64,000 nucleotides of DNA from Carpediemonas membranifera BICM (GCA_019828565.1 JAHDYR010000040.1:268-64267); one strand, 5' to 3'. Shown: positions 1-12,024, counted from the stretch's first letter. A program made the numbers and translations. The notes: generated by a model not told the origin, from the sequence alone.

Positions 1-430
1 GTTCGAGGACCTTCTGGCAGTTTGGGGCGCGAAGGAGACGCTCGACATCACCATCTCAACCGACGCAGCGATCGGTTCGATTGCAGCGATCATCTCCCAG
101 ACTGGGGCCAAGGAACCTGGTCACAACGCCTGCCCCCGCATGTCACGTCGTCAGCCCACATTACCGAGCAGGAGTTTCTTGCGACGATGAGAGCACTAGA
201 ATTGTTGTTGGAGGACCCCACCATCATGAGCCGGGACATCACGATATTCACAGACTCCATTGCGACGGCTGCGTGGATCAACCGACAGGGCTCGACCCGG
301 GCCCCAGGATCCGTGTGCCGTGCCCTCCAGATGATAATCCCTCGGCTGGCAGAGAGAGGGCTCAGCGTCCACGCAGTACACGCCCAGGGTCACCTGAACG
401 TCAGAGCGGATGCCTTGTCAAGGTTGGCAG
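1..430 (+). mobile_element. DIRS/Ngaro-type retrotransposon RNase H fragment (frameshifted)
   Basis: ITISTDAA in one frame, then HITEQEFLA..IFTDSIATAAWINRQGS..HAQGHLNVRADALSR in ORF 22..606; matches DIRS1-type RNase H motifs. Confidence 0.75.
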
Positions 431-721
431 ACACCGCGAGGGATCCTCGCCCGCATCATGACCAGGTGGGGCCCAGTTCAGGTGGACGTGTCAGGCCACC
501 CCCACAAGGTGCTTCTACTACCAGCATTGAACTCGAAACCATGAGTCCTATGAACACCGGCGCCATGCCCAACCCTCACCCCCGGTGGGGCCTGGGCGTG
601 GTTTGAACATATACTGACACATAACTGGGTAAATACGTAAATGTTCCAATTCATCAGCACATGCCGAAGAATGATAATACAAGAGTGTTTATATTACAAC
701 AGCCAAGCTTCTCCTAAAGCA

Positions 722-2880
722 TTAGTAATTGGTGCGGCGGGTGACAGACCTACCACGCGCCACCTGCCGCTCCAACTTGCTCGAGTTCAGTGCCAGTCGG
801 TCACGGTCCTTCTTGATGTCCCCAAACGCCTTCCTCAGCTCCCGCAGCGCCTCCACAAGCTCATCTCCGCGCCTCTTGAGTCGCACATTGACTGCTTCAA
901 TGCTCTCCCCGGGCATGGGCTGGAGTGGGATGACGGCCTGGATCTCACGGACCCTCGCCTCCTTGTCTGCCGCAACCATCTCCTTGATCTCCTTTGCTCT
1001 CCGCGTGGTTGCTGCAGCAGTGGCCACACTCTGTTGGAACGCGCCGACCATCGGCCTCAGAGCCTCAGCAAGCTGCCTGTGCTCCATGTTCGCGGCAGCC
1101 GTGACAGTAGCCCGAAGGGACGAAATATGTCGCCGTACGAGCTTGATAGACTCGTCAAGGCCAGCCACCGAGAACTCAAGCGATTCGGGGCCAGTCGAGA
1201 GAAGCGGGGTCGCCATCAAACAGCGCGACGCTTCCTCCAGCGACTGTGTGAGGCTCCGCCGGGCACCGCGCATCCCGTCCAACACACCCTGGATGCCTGC
1301 GAGGCTCACGCTGTTCAGCTGGTCTGCGGCCATCGGCGGCAGGGCGGGCAGAGCTGCGAGCTCGACAGCCCCAGCCTCGCAGCGGTCGGCCACGAACGAG
1401 CCGAGCTTGCGGATGGCTGCGACGCTCTGCTCGAGTGTATCAGGCAGGACTGTGCTGAAGGTGGTGGTGGCGGCATGAACCTCAGAGAGCGCCTTGACAA
1501 GCTCGGGTCTACCGTCAAGCCCGGGCATGCTGGCAAGTATCTCCATCATGCTGCCAAGGCTATCGACCAGACGCTGGCCATCGCCAAGAGCCTGCAGGTT
1601 AAGGCCCTCGACCTCTGGGAGCACATGGTCTTCGATCTCATCGCCCAGATCCCGCTGCAGCCGGGAAAGCTCAGCCCCAACCTGCACGGCTATCGCGGGC
1701 TGACCGTCGCTCTTATACCGGGCTGACCACATCGCCTTGACACCCTGGTACCAGTCGATCACGCCCTCGATCGCCTCCATCCTCTCCGTGAGCTCTGCAG
1801 CCAAGACCTGGGCGTTCGACTCCAGGCTCTCAAGCTGTGAGGCGGCCTGGGCCTGGTTTGTCTGGAGTTTCCTCATGAGAACCGGCAGCGCTGCCCTGAG
1901 CGCGGCAGTGCCGTTAACGGCCTTGTGGAGCGACACATCCGCATGCGTCACCTCCTCGCCGAGCTGGGTGATGTCTGCCTCAACCGTCCTCAGCACATCC
2001 GTCGCAGCGGTGGGGGGTGCGGCTGCAATTGCCGAGAGCGCCTTCATCCCGTCCTCAATGATTCGAACTGGGTCTGGCGCGGCGGCGTGGGGCACAGGGA
2101 GGTCGGCAGCAGGCCCGCCTAGGGCTGTGAGCGCCCTGGCGTAAGCATCAGCCCTAAGCTGGATGTCTCTGGCAAACTCCTCCTTGGCCTTCTTCAAACG
2201 AAGCTCCATCTTTCGTTGGGCCGCGTCCGAGTCTGCGAGAGCGGCCTCTAGACTCTTAATGTCCGCCGCAGCCTTCAGCTGGGTACGTTTCATCGCCATA
2301 AACTCGTCCGCGGAGCACTGCTCCTTCGGCTTTGGGATGGGCAGGGTCTGCATGGAAGAGTCGACCATCGCCCGGGGCCGGGGCGGCTTAGGGGTAGGCT
2401 GAGGCTGCGTCTGTACACCGGCAGCGAGTAGTTCAACGAGTTCCTCCTCATCTTCGTCCTCAGGCTCGTCAACCAGTTCTTCCGTCGAATCCTTCTGGAA
2501 TATGCTTTCATCGAACGCATCGCCGTCCACAGTCTCAAGCAGATCCGGCTCCTCGACTGGATCGGCCACGAGCTCGGTCTCTGGATCATCTGCCGTCTGC
2601 TCGGGCGGCTGCTCACTAGACATGGGCGGCTGGGGTGCCTTGTGAGACGGTGGAGCGTCTGCTATCTCTATTTCCTCGACATCCACGTTCAATGGAACAT
2701 CAAAATGTTCGTTTGAGGCTTCAATCGTCGGCTGGTCCTTGGTTTCGGTATGATCGACATCTATGACACCGCTGGCAGTTGGATCGGACGCATTTTCAGC
2801 CAGAAGATCCTTCTTCTTCGAAGATTTCTTCTTCTTGCCTGTGTAATGTGTTCAAACTCTTTCAAACCAAGTAAGCCCAT
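722..2880 (-). CDS. Coiled-coil protein with acidic N-terminal region and MG + polybasic N-terminus; 29-nt intron 2839-2867
   Basis: 656-aa ORF extends upstream without stops to a GT..TTACACAG intron; splicing gives MGLLGKKKKSSKKKDLL from ATG 2880. Confidence 0.75.
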
Positions 2881-3167
2881 CGTCGTCGTTGTTGGGGTTA
2901 GGTGCAGCGAGATAAAAATTTGTGGAGTCAGTCACATGGCGCTGATTGGGCTGCCGACTGGGCCGGTGTCGGTGCTAATGAGGGAGGGTTGGCTCAGTAT
3001 CAAGCTCTTTTCGCACTAATCAGTTGATTGACGAGGTCAAGAATATGCAGGACGACATCATTTGCCAGACCCACAACGTGTCAAAAAGGCATTACATACA
3101 ATTGTATCCACCGCATCATAAGCCCCCTGCCTCACTTCATCTCCATTAACCATATACTAGGTTACAT

Positions 3168-5264
3168 TTAATCGACCGGGACGGGCTGGGGCTCCGGTAC
3201 GTCGCTCTCAGTTTCCGCCTCGATGGCCGCAGCCTCCTGCCGCCCAACCAGGGTCAGCGGGTCCACGAACCGGTCATCGCTCTCAGACATCCAGCCGCCG
3301 ATGACGGCGACCAGGTCGACCAGGCCGTCCGCATCCAGAGACAGCGTGTCGAGGGCAGTGAGGGCAAGCTTCACGCCAGTCGGGGTCTGCGACACAGGGC
3401 CGAGTCGGGCGGCCAGGACGGCGCGGACGCCGGCCTTGGTGTTTGCATGCTCGTCGCCCACAAGCCACGCTACCAGCTGGGAAATCGCACTGGCCTGTGC
3501 CTTCAGACGCCGTACAGCGAGGGCGATGAAAGGTCTGCGCCCCCTTGCCTTGGCATCATTGAGGGGGGCGATCAGGTTCTCCTTCTGGAGGGCAGTCACC
3601 TTCCGCTTAATCGTTGTCAGCGAGGCGTCCAGCCCAGCCACGGAGCCTGGCGTCTCCGCGTGCAGTATATCCCCAATGTTGACACTGACCGGCACGAGGT
3701 CCCTGAGCAAGGGTCGAGCTGGGCCCCGGTCTCGCGCCTCTGCCGGCTGTGGTCGGGCGGGACTGCCCATCCGCCGCATGCAGGTCGGGTCCCGGAGCGG
3801 GTAGGGCGACTTCGACTCCTTGGGAGTCAGTCGGGCTGTGGCTGCCAGGGGGCGGGCCGGCGAGGCAGTGTGGGTGCCAGTGAGCCGGGGCGTTGGCCTG
3901 TGCTCGAAGGCGGGCTGCGGGAGTTGGGGCTGTTCCTGTTCGGTCTCGTCGCCCCGTTGCTCTGGCGAGTCGTGCTCCTCGGCCCGGACCTCAGCCTGCT
4001 GCTCCACCACGGGCGGGCGGGTCTTCTTCTTGCGGGCGTCCCGTGCTGCATGCGCCAGGATTTCGTACGCCAGTGCTGCGGCAATGAGCCTGCCCTCGAG
4101 CGGCAGACGGGGCAGCTGCTCGATGTCGAGGTCCCGTTTTCTGGCGAGCAGGTCGGCAGTGGCCTCGTCCGTCGCCCTCTCTTCTCCGACGCCCTGCAGC
4201 ACCTCATGGGCCCTCATGCTGATGACGCTGGCCAGGTAGTGGGCACCACGGACGTCGGGCGAATTCTTGTTCGCGGTGTCGAGCTCGAGCTTCTTCATGA
4301 GGAAACCCAGCGTGACTGGGTGTGCCGAGGCCGGCCTACGCAGGTCCATCTCAACCCTCTCGTCCGGCGTGGCCTCCATGTACGGTGCGAACAGGGCTCT
4401 GATGGGGACCGGATCGTTCATCAGGTTGGCCGCGTCCCTCTCGCTGCCGGGGACGGGGGACGCAGACTGGAGCAGGCCGTCCTCGAGGTGAGCGGGGGAG
4501 AGTCTGTCGAGGGTGCCGACAATGATCTTGCGAATGTGGCTCGAGAAGGTGGGGTATGCCTTGACGCAGGACCGGTAGTACTTCCGGAACGCCCGGTCGG
4601 TTGCTAGGAGCAGCGAGAGAAGAATGGCTACCTCCACACGGCGTGCGGCGAAGGCCTGGCCGATGTCCGAAGGCTGGTGAGAGTAGTACTCGTGGATGGT
4701 CGAGTCGATCGCCTCTAGGTCCGCATCGCGGAGGGAGCTCGAGTCCATGAAGAGTGAGACGGGCTGTTCGATGATACGAAAGAGGTTGGAGATGAACTTG
4801 TTGTCTGCTCCGCGCAGGATTACAGGGATCGAGGTCTTGGGCGTCTCGGGACGGCCGTACTGAGCCAGGACACGGAGAACCATGACGGAGCGGTAGGAGA
4901 GCACCGCATCCATCAGCAACATGCACCGCTGAACACCTTTGAGCCCGCCAGACTGGATGAACTTGTCTGATGGAGAGGGGGTGATTGCTGGGGTCGCGTC
5001 GAAAGAAAGAAGCACAAGGGATGCGATAAGCTCCATCATCGCATCTAGTACGGGAGCGGAGGTTTCTATGCAAAGCTGTCGCCCAATAAGGGACGCAATA
5101 TCATGTTCTATGAAGAGATCTAGCATTTTCCTGTCGTCTTCCATGTTCTGCTGCGACGAAAGGATGTCTGACAGGTACATCACTGATGCCAAGCGGATAG
5201 ATGATTCGTAGCTGCTCGACAGTGCGAAAGACACCTGCTGGAACTGCAACGGGAGCTCGATCAT
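3168..5264 (-). CDS. Hypothetical protein, 698 aa (helical/ARM-like N-terminus)
   Basis: Long ATG ORF with host-like GC3-rich codon usage; no family recognised. Confidence 0.75.
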   Translation of the reverse strand: MIELPLQFQQVSFALSSSYESSIRLASVMYLSDILSSQQNMEDDRKMLDLFIEHDIASLIGRQLCIETSAPVLDAMMELIASLVLLSFDATPAITPSPSDKFIQSGGLKGVQRCMLLMDAVLSYRSVMVLRVLAQYGRPETPKTSIPVILRGADNKFISNLFRIIEQPVSLFMDSSSLRDADLEAIDSTIHEYYSHQPSDIGQAFAARRVEVAILLSLLLATDRAFRKYYRSCVKAYPTFSSHIRKIIVGTLDRLSPAHLEDGLLQSASPVPGSERDAANLMNDPVPIRALFAPYMEATPDERVEMDLRRPASAHPVTLGFLMKKLELDTANKNSPDVRGAHYLASVISMRAHEVLQGVGEERATDEATADLLARKRDLDIEQLPRLPLEGRLIAAALAYEILAHAARDARKKKTRPPVVEQQAEVRAEEHDSPEQRGDETEQEQPQLPQPAFEHRPTPRLTGTHTASPARPLAATARLTPKESKSPYPLRDPTCMRRMGSPARPQPAEARDRGPARPLLRDLVPVSVNIGDILHAETPGSVAGLDASLTTIKRKVTALQKENLIAPLNDAKARGRRPFIALAVRRLKAQASAISQLVAWLVGDEHANTKAGVRAVLAARLGPVSQTPTGVKLALTALDTLSLDADGLVDLVAVIGGWMSESDDRFVDPLTLVGRQEAAAIEAETESDVPEPQPVPVD

Positions 5265-5564
5265 GATCTGTTGGTGCAGAATAAGACCGATGCGTTGTTA
5301 CGAAATTCTGACCGGCTCGCAGCAAAGTACCGGTACGCATTAGGCTGTAGCGCTGATTAATCGACGGCTTCGGCTTTCTTTACCTTCCCTGGTAGTCCGA
5401 CTAAAAGAATCCGCGGTTTGAGGGCTGGGTTTGCGGAAGTAAACGGGTTTACAAGCAGTTCCACCATATAAAATAGCATAAAATGAGGTCAGAAAGCCTC
5501 GGGTGGCTCGGGTACTGAGAGGTCGAGCGTGCGAGTGTGAGGGCGGCCGGCCGTTCACCCAACT

Positions 5565-5903
5565 TCAACGTCTACCGCGCACCCACAACGCATAAGCCTC
5601 TTGCAAACACACCGGCTTGATATCCCCAGCCTCGGTGGAGCACTCAGACGGCAGTACTGCGCCGATTGACGAGGCGGATGTGAACGGGACGACAACAAGA
5701 TGGTTAGCACCGCAAAGCATGATGCCTACTGCTATCAATCCAGCCCCAAATATGGAAATGATCGATGATAGAAACACTTTGTCCGGAAAAACGACCACAG
5801 AACGCATCATGTCGGTGGGCACGACAACGAAGACAGCGTATAGCGCAAAAAGCACCCAGACAAACATACCAGCTGCTAAAAAGCGATACTTTGCTGCATT
5901 CAT
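5565..5903 (-). CDS. PIG-P-like GPI-GlcNAc transferase subunit
   Basis: MNAAKY..WVLFALYAVFVVVP..FPDK.. two-TM layout followed by N..P..S..I, as in PIG-P. Confidence 0.5.
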   Translation of the reverse strand: MNAAKYRFLAAGMFVWVLFALYAVFVVVPTDMMRSVVVFPDKVFLSSIISIFGAGLIAVGIMLCGANHLVVVPFTSASSIGAVLPSECSTEAGDIKPVCLQEAYALWVRGRR

Positions 5904-6300
5904 CTCTGTAGACGTGCCAATTTCTGTGTTACCCGTCTGAACGAGGTGCACTTTATGTAGAGTCTAGTGTTGTCGCGTCTGTGCTCGTCTGTTACGCGCT
6001 CATCTGTCGTCTATTGCTGGCGTCTGAAGCTCATGTCGTCGTCTTCGTCATCTTCGTCTGGCCAAGACAGACCCGGCCAAGCTAACCAACCGTCTCTTAG
6101 CTGAGCACATCAAGACAAGCGGGGCCCAGCCCCTACCCGAGGTGGCGGCCGAAGCAGAGACGGCCCGGGTTCCAAATGCCCGGACTGGCTCGCAATAAAC
6201 CAAAGCGGAGAGACCCCGTTTACTGTGCCTGTGTGACTAATTCCCGAGGGAAGCCTGCGAACTCTTCTCGACTTAGACACGAGCATTTACTGCGCATCGT

Positions 6301-7251
6301 TCACCCGAGGGCCTCGAGCTCCGCCTGAGCCTTCAGCACAGTCGCCTCAGTCACACCGCTGAGCCCGATGACCTTGGTCCTCACCTCAGCCTCCGCACCC
6401 TCGCTGACGGCCAGCTCCTTGTCGGTCAGTGCGACGATGATGGCCGCCGCAGCCACAGTCTCGGACCGGTACGCCATCCCGCGGCCCTTCTCGGCAACAG
6501 AGTTTGCCCGGGTGCGCCAGAGCTTCTGCATGGGGAACGTCATGCCGTCGACGGCCCCGATCCGATCGAGCATCGAGTTGACGTCGGCATTTGCCACCCT
6601 CGTTTTTCCAGGGATGATGGTAACTTCGCTGCTCACCTCCCGGATGACCTTCTCGATCTTCTTCGGCGTGTACTCTGTGCTGTCCGCGCTCTTGCCGAAC
6701 TCGGCCTGCAGGGCACGGCTGAGGTCCTTGAGAGACACAGACCCGCCCCGCTCGTCCAGGGCAAGACGGATGCATGCAGCGGCGAACATCTGGATGCTTC
6801 TGCCGCGGCGGGACTTGGCGGACCGTTTGAGGTAGCTTGTGTAGATGTTGACCGCGCGGGTGCTGATCTCCTTCGCCGGCTGGAAGTTGAAACGACGCAT
6901 TAGGCGTTCCACTTCGCCCCTGAGCTCCTTGGTTGACTTCTCGATGCGTGTTTCCGTCGTCCCCGACCCGAAACCGCGGCCCGTGCTCAGGTGGAGGGAG
7001 CCGAACTCGTTCTCCTTGCCACCGACGCGAGAACGGTCCTGTGACGATGAGTCATCAGCAAATGAGCGCCATTCGCTGGTCTTATCAATGTATTGCCCGA
7101 CAACAATGCCGCATTCCTTGCATATGATGTCCCCAGCATGTGGCCGCTCCTCTGTGTTCGTCGAGCCGCATTCAGGGCATTCAACCTGCTTTTCTTGCAT
7201 AACATTCGTCCGTACCGACACCAAGGGCTTTCCGGCCCATCCGCTGCTCAT
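6301..7251 (-). CDS. TFIIB: Transcription initiation factor IIB
   Basis: Zn ribbon CPECGS..GDIICKECG, B-reader IDKTSEWRSF, cyclin-fold repeats. Confidence 0.92.
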   Translation of the reverse strand: MSSGWAGKPLVSVRTNVMQEKQVECPECGSTNTEERPHAGDIICKECGIVVGQYIDKTSEWRSFADDSSSQDRSRVGGKENEFGSLHLSTGRGFGSGTTETRIEKSTKELRGEVERLMRRFNFQPAKEISTRAVNIYTSYLKRSAKSRRGRSIQMFAAACIRLALDERGGSVSLKDLSRALQAEFGKSADSTEYTPKKIEKVIREVSSEVTIIPGKTRVANADVNSMLDRIGAVDGMTFPMQKLWRTRANSVAEKGRGMAYRSETVAAAAIIVALTDKELAVSEGAEAEVRTKVIGLSGVTEATVLKAQAELEALG

Positions 7252-7353
7252 CGTCGAAAACCAATCGCTCTGACTCCCCGACAGTCGTCTCGCGTCTGAC
7301 CCCTCTAGCCAGGCAACGATGCCCCACCCACTGTGTAAATCATGTAAATGGCT

Positions 7354-7902
7354 TTAATCGCTCTCAGCCTCGTTGTCGTCGCCCTTCGCTGAGTCCCCGG
7401 CGGCGGCGTTCAACTCCGACGCCTTGGCCTTCCACTCGGCCACCCGTTCCTCGGACAGCTCCTTCCACTGGGTTGTCAGCTGGACCGTGTACTTGATGGG
7501 GAGCTTCTTCCCTGTGCGGCTCTCGTACTGCTTGCGGAGGGCGTACTGGAAGAGGGAACAGCCGGTGTAGCCACGAGGGCGCTTCTTGATGGCTCCATTG
7601 GCCTCCTTCTTGTCCTTCTTCTTCTCGGCCTTGACGGCCTTCTCCTCCTCTCTCCAGGTGGGGTACTTCTTGTCGTAGGCGGCAATCTTCTTGTCATACT
7701 CAGCCTTTTCCGCGTTGTACTCATCAACGTATGGCTTCTTAGCAGCCTCATCTAGCTGAGACCACTCATTGCCCATCGCGCTCATGATCTCCTTGGCCTT
7801 GAGCTCGGGCCTCTCCTGCTTGATAGTAGGGCGCCTAGCAATCGTGAATTTGATGTATGGTTGCATAGGTTTCTTTGGCGGAGCCTCACGTTCTTCACCC
7901 AT
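7354..7902 (-). CDS. HMG-box protein (two boxes)
   Basis: PKKPMQPYIKF..EIMSAMGNEWSQLDEAAKKPY; second box KKRPRGY..WKELSEE; ATG 7902 chosen over upstream extension. Confidence 0.9.
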   Translation of the reverse strand: MGEEREAPPKKPMQPYIKFTIARRPTIKQERPELKAKEIMSAMGNEWSQLDEAAKKPYVDEYNAEKAEYDKKIAAYDKKYPTWREEEKAVKAEKKKDKKEANGAIKKRPRGYTGCSLFQYALRKQYESRTGKKLPIKYTVQLTTQWKELSEERVAEWKAKASELNAAAGDSAKGDDNEAESD

Positions 7903-7926
7903 TGTGTGCGACTGTGTAGCACGCCA

Positions 7927-7934
7927 TAAACTGC
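7927..7934 (-). promoter_or_regulatory. GCAGTTTA upstream element (example copy)
   Basis: Same 8-mer at 31371, 44479, 47774, 54045, 57953, each just 5' of a minus-strand gene. Confidence 0.6.
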
Positions 7935-8269
7935 CCCGAACATTCTGTCTTCGTTTAGTGTCACAGAAGCTTTTACAGCGATAGTAAGTGATGACAGATA
8001 CCATTAAGCCCCCAGACACTGCAGATATAGCCGAATGGGCTTTATGGGGTGATGTCTGACGTGTCAGCGGGATCGCGCCACTCTGAACGTGGCATACAAC
8101 TCGGCCAACCTGCCAGCCCGGCCCCTGGCCACACTTTACGTCGATACCGTAGGTCCGATCGATCGATCCGATCACGGTGTACCAGCAGAGGTACCTATAA
8201 GTGCAGCTTATGTAAACACATCCATTCTCTTCACGCTTAGGGCTCCCACAGTTATAACTGCCAGACAAC

Positions 8270-8700
8270 CCGATCACCGACGCGGCCGCCTACGTCCAAG
8301 CCCTGGACGAACACCTACAGTCAGTCGCCGAGCGAGCCGCTGACTCACAGGCGGACCATCTGCGCCGCCGCAAGATCACTCCAGACGACCCAGTCGCACC
8401 TGGCGATATCGTCCTGGCCCTGAACCCACGGCCGTCCAAGCTGCACGGCCACCTTGGCCCGTTCAAGGTCCTCGCAGTGCGCGACCACCACGCCATCAGC
8501 ATCTCGCTACTGCTTGGCGGCGAGGAGAAGGTCATCCACGCCGATCAGGCAATCCGAGTCGAGGCCACCGAGCCCAACGGCCAACTGGCCGCTCTCCAGG
8601 CCGGTGACGCCGAGGAGTACTACGTCGAAGCCATCCTGGGCGTCGATGAAGCCGATCCCAGCCACCTTATCGTCAAGTGGCTCGGCTACGACGAGACTTC
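8270..8700 (+). mobile_element. Ty3/Gypsy integrase C-terminus + chromodomain fragment
   Basis: PGDIVLALNPRPSKLHGHLGPF (GPY/F motif) and EEYYVEAIL..LIVKWLGYD (chromodomain); approximate bounds. Confidence 0.75.
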
Positions 8701-8789
8701 TCAATATGTCAATATCAATATTTCCTGCCTTCCGTTACAACGGAATGATGCTCTAGTGGCCTCAATGCCATTAATATTATGTCTTTAAC

Positions 8790-11701
8790 CTCCTCGGACG
8801 CCTTCTCCGGTCATACGCGTCCAGGAACCTCTGTACGTCCTCATGCTCCGCCACATAGAGGTCCAGGTCTCGACGAGAAGGGCAAAGCTTAGACCTATGA
8901 CGATCGAGGTCGAAGGAGAAGAGCCAGTACTATCGTATCCTTACAGGAAGAGCAAGCCCCAAGAAGAGGAGATTGAACGCCAGGTCGCAGAGCTAGCGAG
9001 GATGGGTATAATAGAGAAGTCACGTAGCAAGCACAACAGTCCACTGGTGCTGGCGAGCAAGAGAGGTGGAACCTGGAGGATGTGCGTAGATTTTCGGAAA
9101 GTGAACCTCCGTACGGCGCTCCAAAATGTCCGTTGCCGAAGATCGACTCACTGATAGAGTATGTTGAAGGTTGCAAACACTTCGCGTCTCTTGATATGAA
9201 GCATGCCTTCCACCAAGTACCACTAGCGAACCAACAGACCAAGGAGCTGACTGCCTTTACGACCGCTTCCGGCAAGTACCACTACAATTTCATGCCGTTC
9301 GGCCTGAAGAACGCGGCTAGCCACATGCAGAGCGCGTTAGAGGAGGTTTTAGCCGGACTAGTCTACGTTTCGTGCCTAGTGTATCTCGACGACATTCTTG
9401 TCTTTGGCAAAACCGAGGCAGAGTACCGCGAGAATCTCTTGAAGGTCCTAGCGCGTCTAGATGAGGCGGGAATAGTTCTCAATCCAGCAAAGTGCAAGTT
9501 CGACCTCACACAAGTGAGGTACCTGGGCTGGTTGGTGGATGGAGAGGGACGCAGGATAGATCCAGACCGCCTTGAACCAATCAGAGCCATTCAGACGCCC
9601 CATAACCTGAAATCCGTCCGGTCACTACTAGGGATCCTCAATTGGTTCCGATCATTTGTTCCACAGTACGCTGACGAGACAGATCCGATTCTGAGTGTCA
9701 TACGGTCGAAGACATTCTTCTGGAACGATGAGCAACAGGCAAGTCTCGAGCGAGTTAAGGACATTCTCCTCAAGAACGAAAACCAGTATCACTTCAGCTA
9801 TGATCTGGAGACTGAACTCTTTACAGACGCCAGTGACCTCGGTGCTGGGGGAGTGCTCTACCAAAACCACGAGGGTCGACTGTGTCCAGTGGCCTATTTC
9901 GCTCACACATTTACCGCCGCAGAGAGAAGATGGTCAACCTACGAGAAAGAGGCGTTCGGCATCCTCTTTTGCGTGAGAAAGATGCAACGCTGTTTAATGA
10001 GTGTTCGCTTTACGATCCATACCGATCATCGAAACCTAGTATTTCTCTGGAGCTCAAGCAATGATAAGGTTGCCAGGTGGAGGCTCGAGCTCGGACAGTT
10101 CGACTTCGACATCGTCCACGTTGCGGGCGAACAAAACGGTGTAGCCGACGCGATGTCACGCAATACCGTCCGCCTGGATCACTTAGAAGCGGACGAACGC
10201 CGTCAAATGATTGCGGAGGTGCACGGGGGAGCCCAAGGACACCTAAGGGCGCGAGAGGTTGTTAGGAGGCTTCGACTGGCGGACAAGTCTTGGAAAATCA
10301 TGTGGAGCGACGTGAGAGCATTCATCAAGCAGTGCCCCATATGCCAACGCCTAGTCCCGCCCGCTACAAGAGCCACGTCGATGCTGAAAACGCTGAAGTT
10401 GACCCCGTTCGAGTGTGTTCAAATGGACACCATAGGTCCTCTCACTGAATCTGGCGGTTGTAAGTACATAGTGGCTTGGATTGACGTCCTGAGCCGATTC
10501 ACGAAGCTCTACGCGGTCGAGTCTACTGCGGCAACAACAGCGGCGACGACGATAATTGACCTGGCCTCCAACTTCGGTCTACCCAGAATCCTGCAGACTG
10601 ATAATGGTTCGCAGTTTAGAAATAATCTGGTGGCCGACCTGACTAGCAAACTCACTCTCAACCATCGATTCAGCACGCCGTATCACCCACAGTCCAACGG
10701 GGTAATCGAACGGAGAAACACTGAAATCATGAAGCATCTTCGAGCAGTTTTACTGGAGACGAGCTGTGAATGGCACGAAGCGTTACCGATTGTTCAGAAC
10801 ATTATCAATGGAGTCCCGAACGAAGACCTACAGATGACACCGTTTGAGATCTTGTTTGGACACACAGACAGCAGGAGACCATCAGACGAGCAGTTAGAAG
10901 AAGCACTACAGCTCAGCAAGGAGACGAGGAACTTAGTAGCAGAGTTCAAGAAGGTGGTGACATTCTGCCAGGAGCGGGCTCGGCAGATCACCCAGCAAGT
11001 CATCAACGAGTCGCACGGAGAGGAGGAGAGCGAGTATCAGTACCCTATACAGTCTTGGGTTCTCGTACGATACGCTGGGAAGCCCCCGAAGCTCGGTCCT
11101 CAGATGCGTGGGCCGATGAAGCTGCTCGACCTGGCCGAGAAACGGGCGAGACTGGAAGACGTCGTCACAGGAAGCATCGTGACGGTACACATCGATAGAC
11201 TGGCCCCCTTCCACACAACGCTGAGCAACCAGGAGGTCATCAACATGCTCGCTAGGGAGGTAGAACCCTACCACCAAGGTCATCATCGTCAGACACGCCA
11301 ACCGCCTCACCAAGCTGTAACACCCCCCAGGCTCCATTGATGAGGCTCGTAAGATGTTCGAGTCCGATAACACCTGGAAGACAGTCGACCATGTGGTTGA
11401 CTGGCGCTCAGACCCTGCGACCCACGAGCCCATCTGCATGCTTCGCTGGCTCGGGTTTGAGCAGGACGAAGACTCCGAATTGCCCCTGAGCAAGGTCCGC
11501 ACTCTCGATGCTCTCCTCAAGTATCGCGACCTCCACCCGCAGTTTGACAAGGCCTGCAAGCGCTACGAGAACGCTCATCCGGCCATGGACTCACGTCCGC
11601 GCACTCGCACTCCTCGTCGTTAACGCCGGTTCGGCCTCTGGAGGGGAATGTAGAGATCATTAAAGTGCACCCCGATCATTCGGTAGTTGTTTAAGACCAC
11701 A
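8790..11701 (+). mobile_element. 5'-truncated Ty3/Gypsy (chromovirus) element: RT-RNaseH-integrase, chromodomain, PPT and short 3' LTR
   Basis: WRMCVDFRKVN then frameshift; YLDDIL, TDASD, H..H..C..C, D-D-E; chromodomain ORF 11354-11623; PPT GGAGGGGAA then TG..CA 11649-11701. Confidence 0.88.
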
Positions 11702-11735
11702 GAATGAAATACCTTAAACTGCACCGATTTTTCAA

Positions 11736-11878
11736 GTGGACCAAGACCCGGCTGCCACCAAGCAGTGCCGAAAGGATGACAACCTGTGCCTCTACTGCGG
11801 TGAGCCGGGTCACCGCGTCGTCATGCGCCCCGACAAGAAACCGAAGCCCACACGTCATCGGGCTCACAACCTGCGAGC
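11736..11878 (+). mobile_element. Gag zinc-knuckle remnant (target of the intact element)
   Basis: CRKDDNLCLYCGEPGH; interrupted at GAGC 11875-11878. Confidence 0.6.
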
Positions 11879-12002
11879 TGTCAGGGTCCTACCCATTGTT
11901 TACATAGTTGATATATTTATTATTGCCATATTTACCACAGCAGGGTCAAACCCTCTCTTCTTTGCTTTTACTAAAAGTTCTTCTAAGTCTTGACAGACCA
12001 CA
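11879..12002 (+). repeat. 5' LTR (124 bp)
   Basis: TGTCAGGGTCC...TTGACAGACCACA, identical to 17065-17188. Confidence 0.95.
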
Positions 12003-12024
12003 ATACTAGTATTCCCCTTTCATC

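Noticed and set aside
641-1726. Long plus-strand ORFs (e.g. 641-1726, 3447-4607, 39349-40221, 42154-42933)
   Set aside because: Antisense shadows of GC3-rich minus-strand genes; no protein motifs
7903-8277. N-terminal ORF extensions from non-ATG or far-upstream starts (HMG, UAP1, 28599 ORF, RPN7, TRM11)
   Set aside because: No homology; they cross upstream motifs or neighbouring features, so downstream ATGs were used
11879-11995. 117-bp LTR ending TGACA (perfect TGTCA/TGACA ends)
   Set aside because: Identity continues 7 bp to GACCACA, and only that boundary yields a TSD (GAGC)
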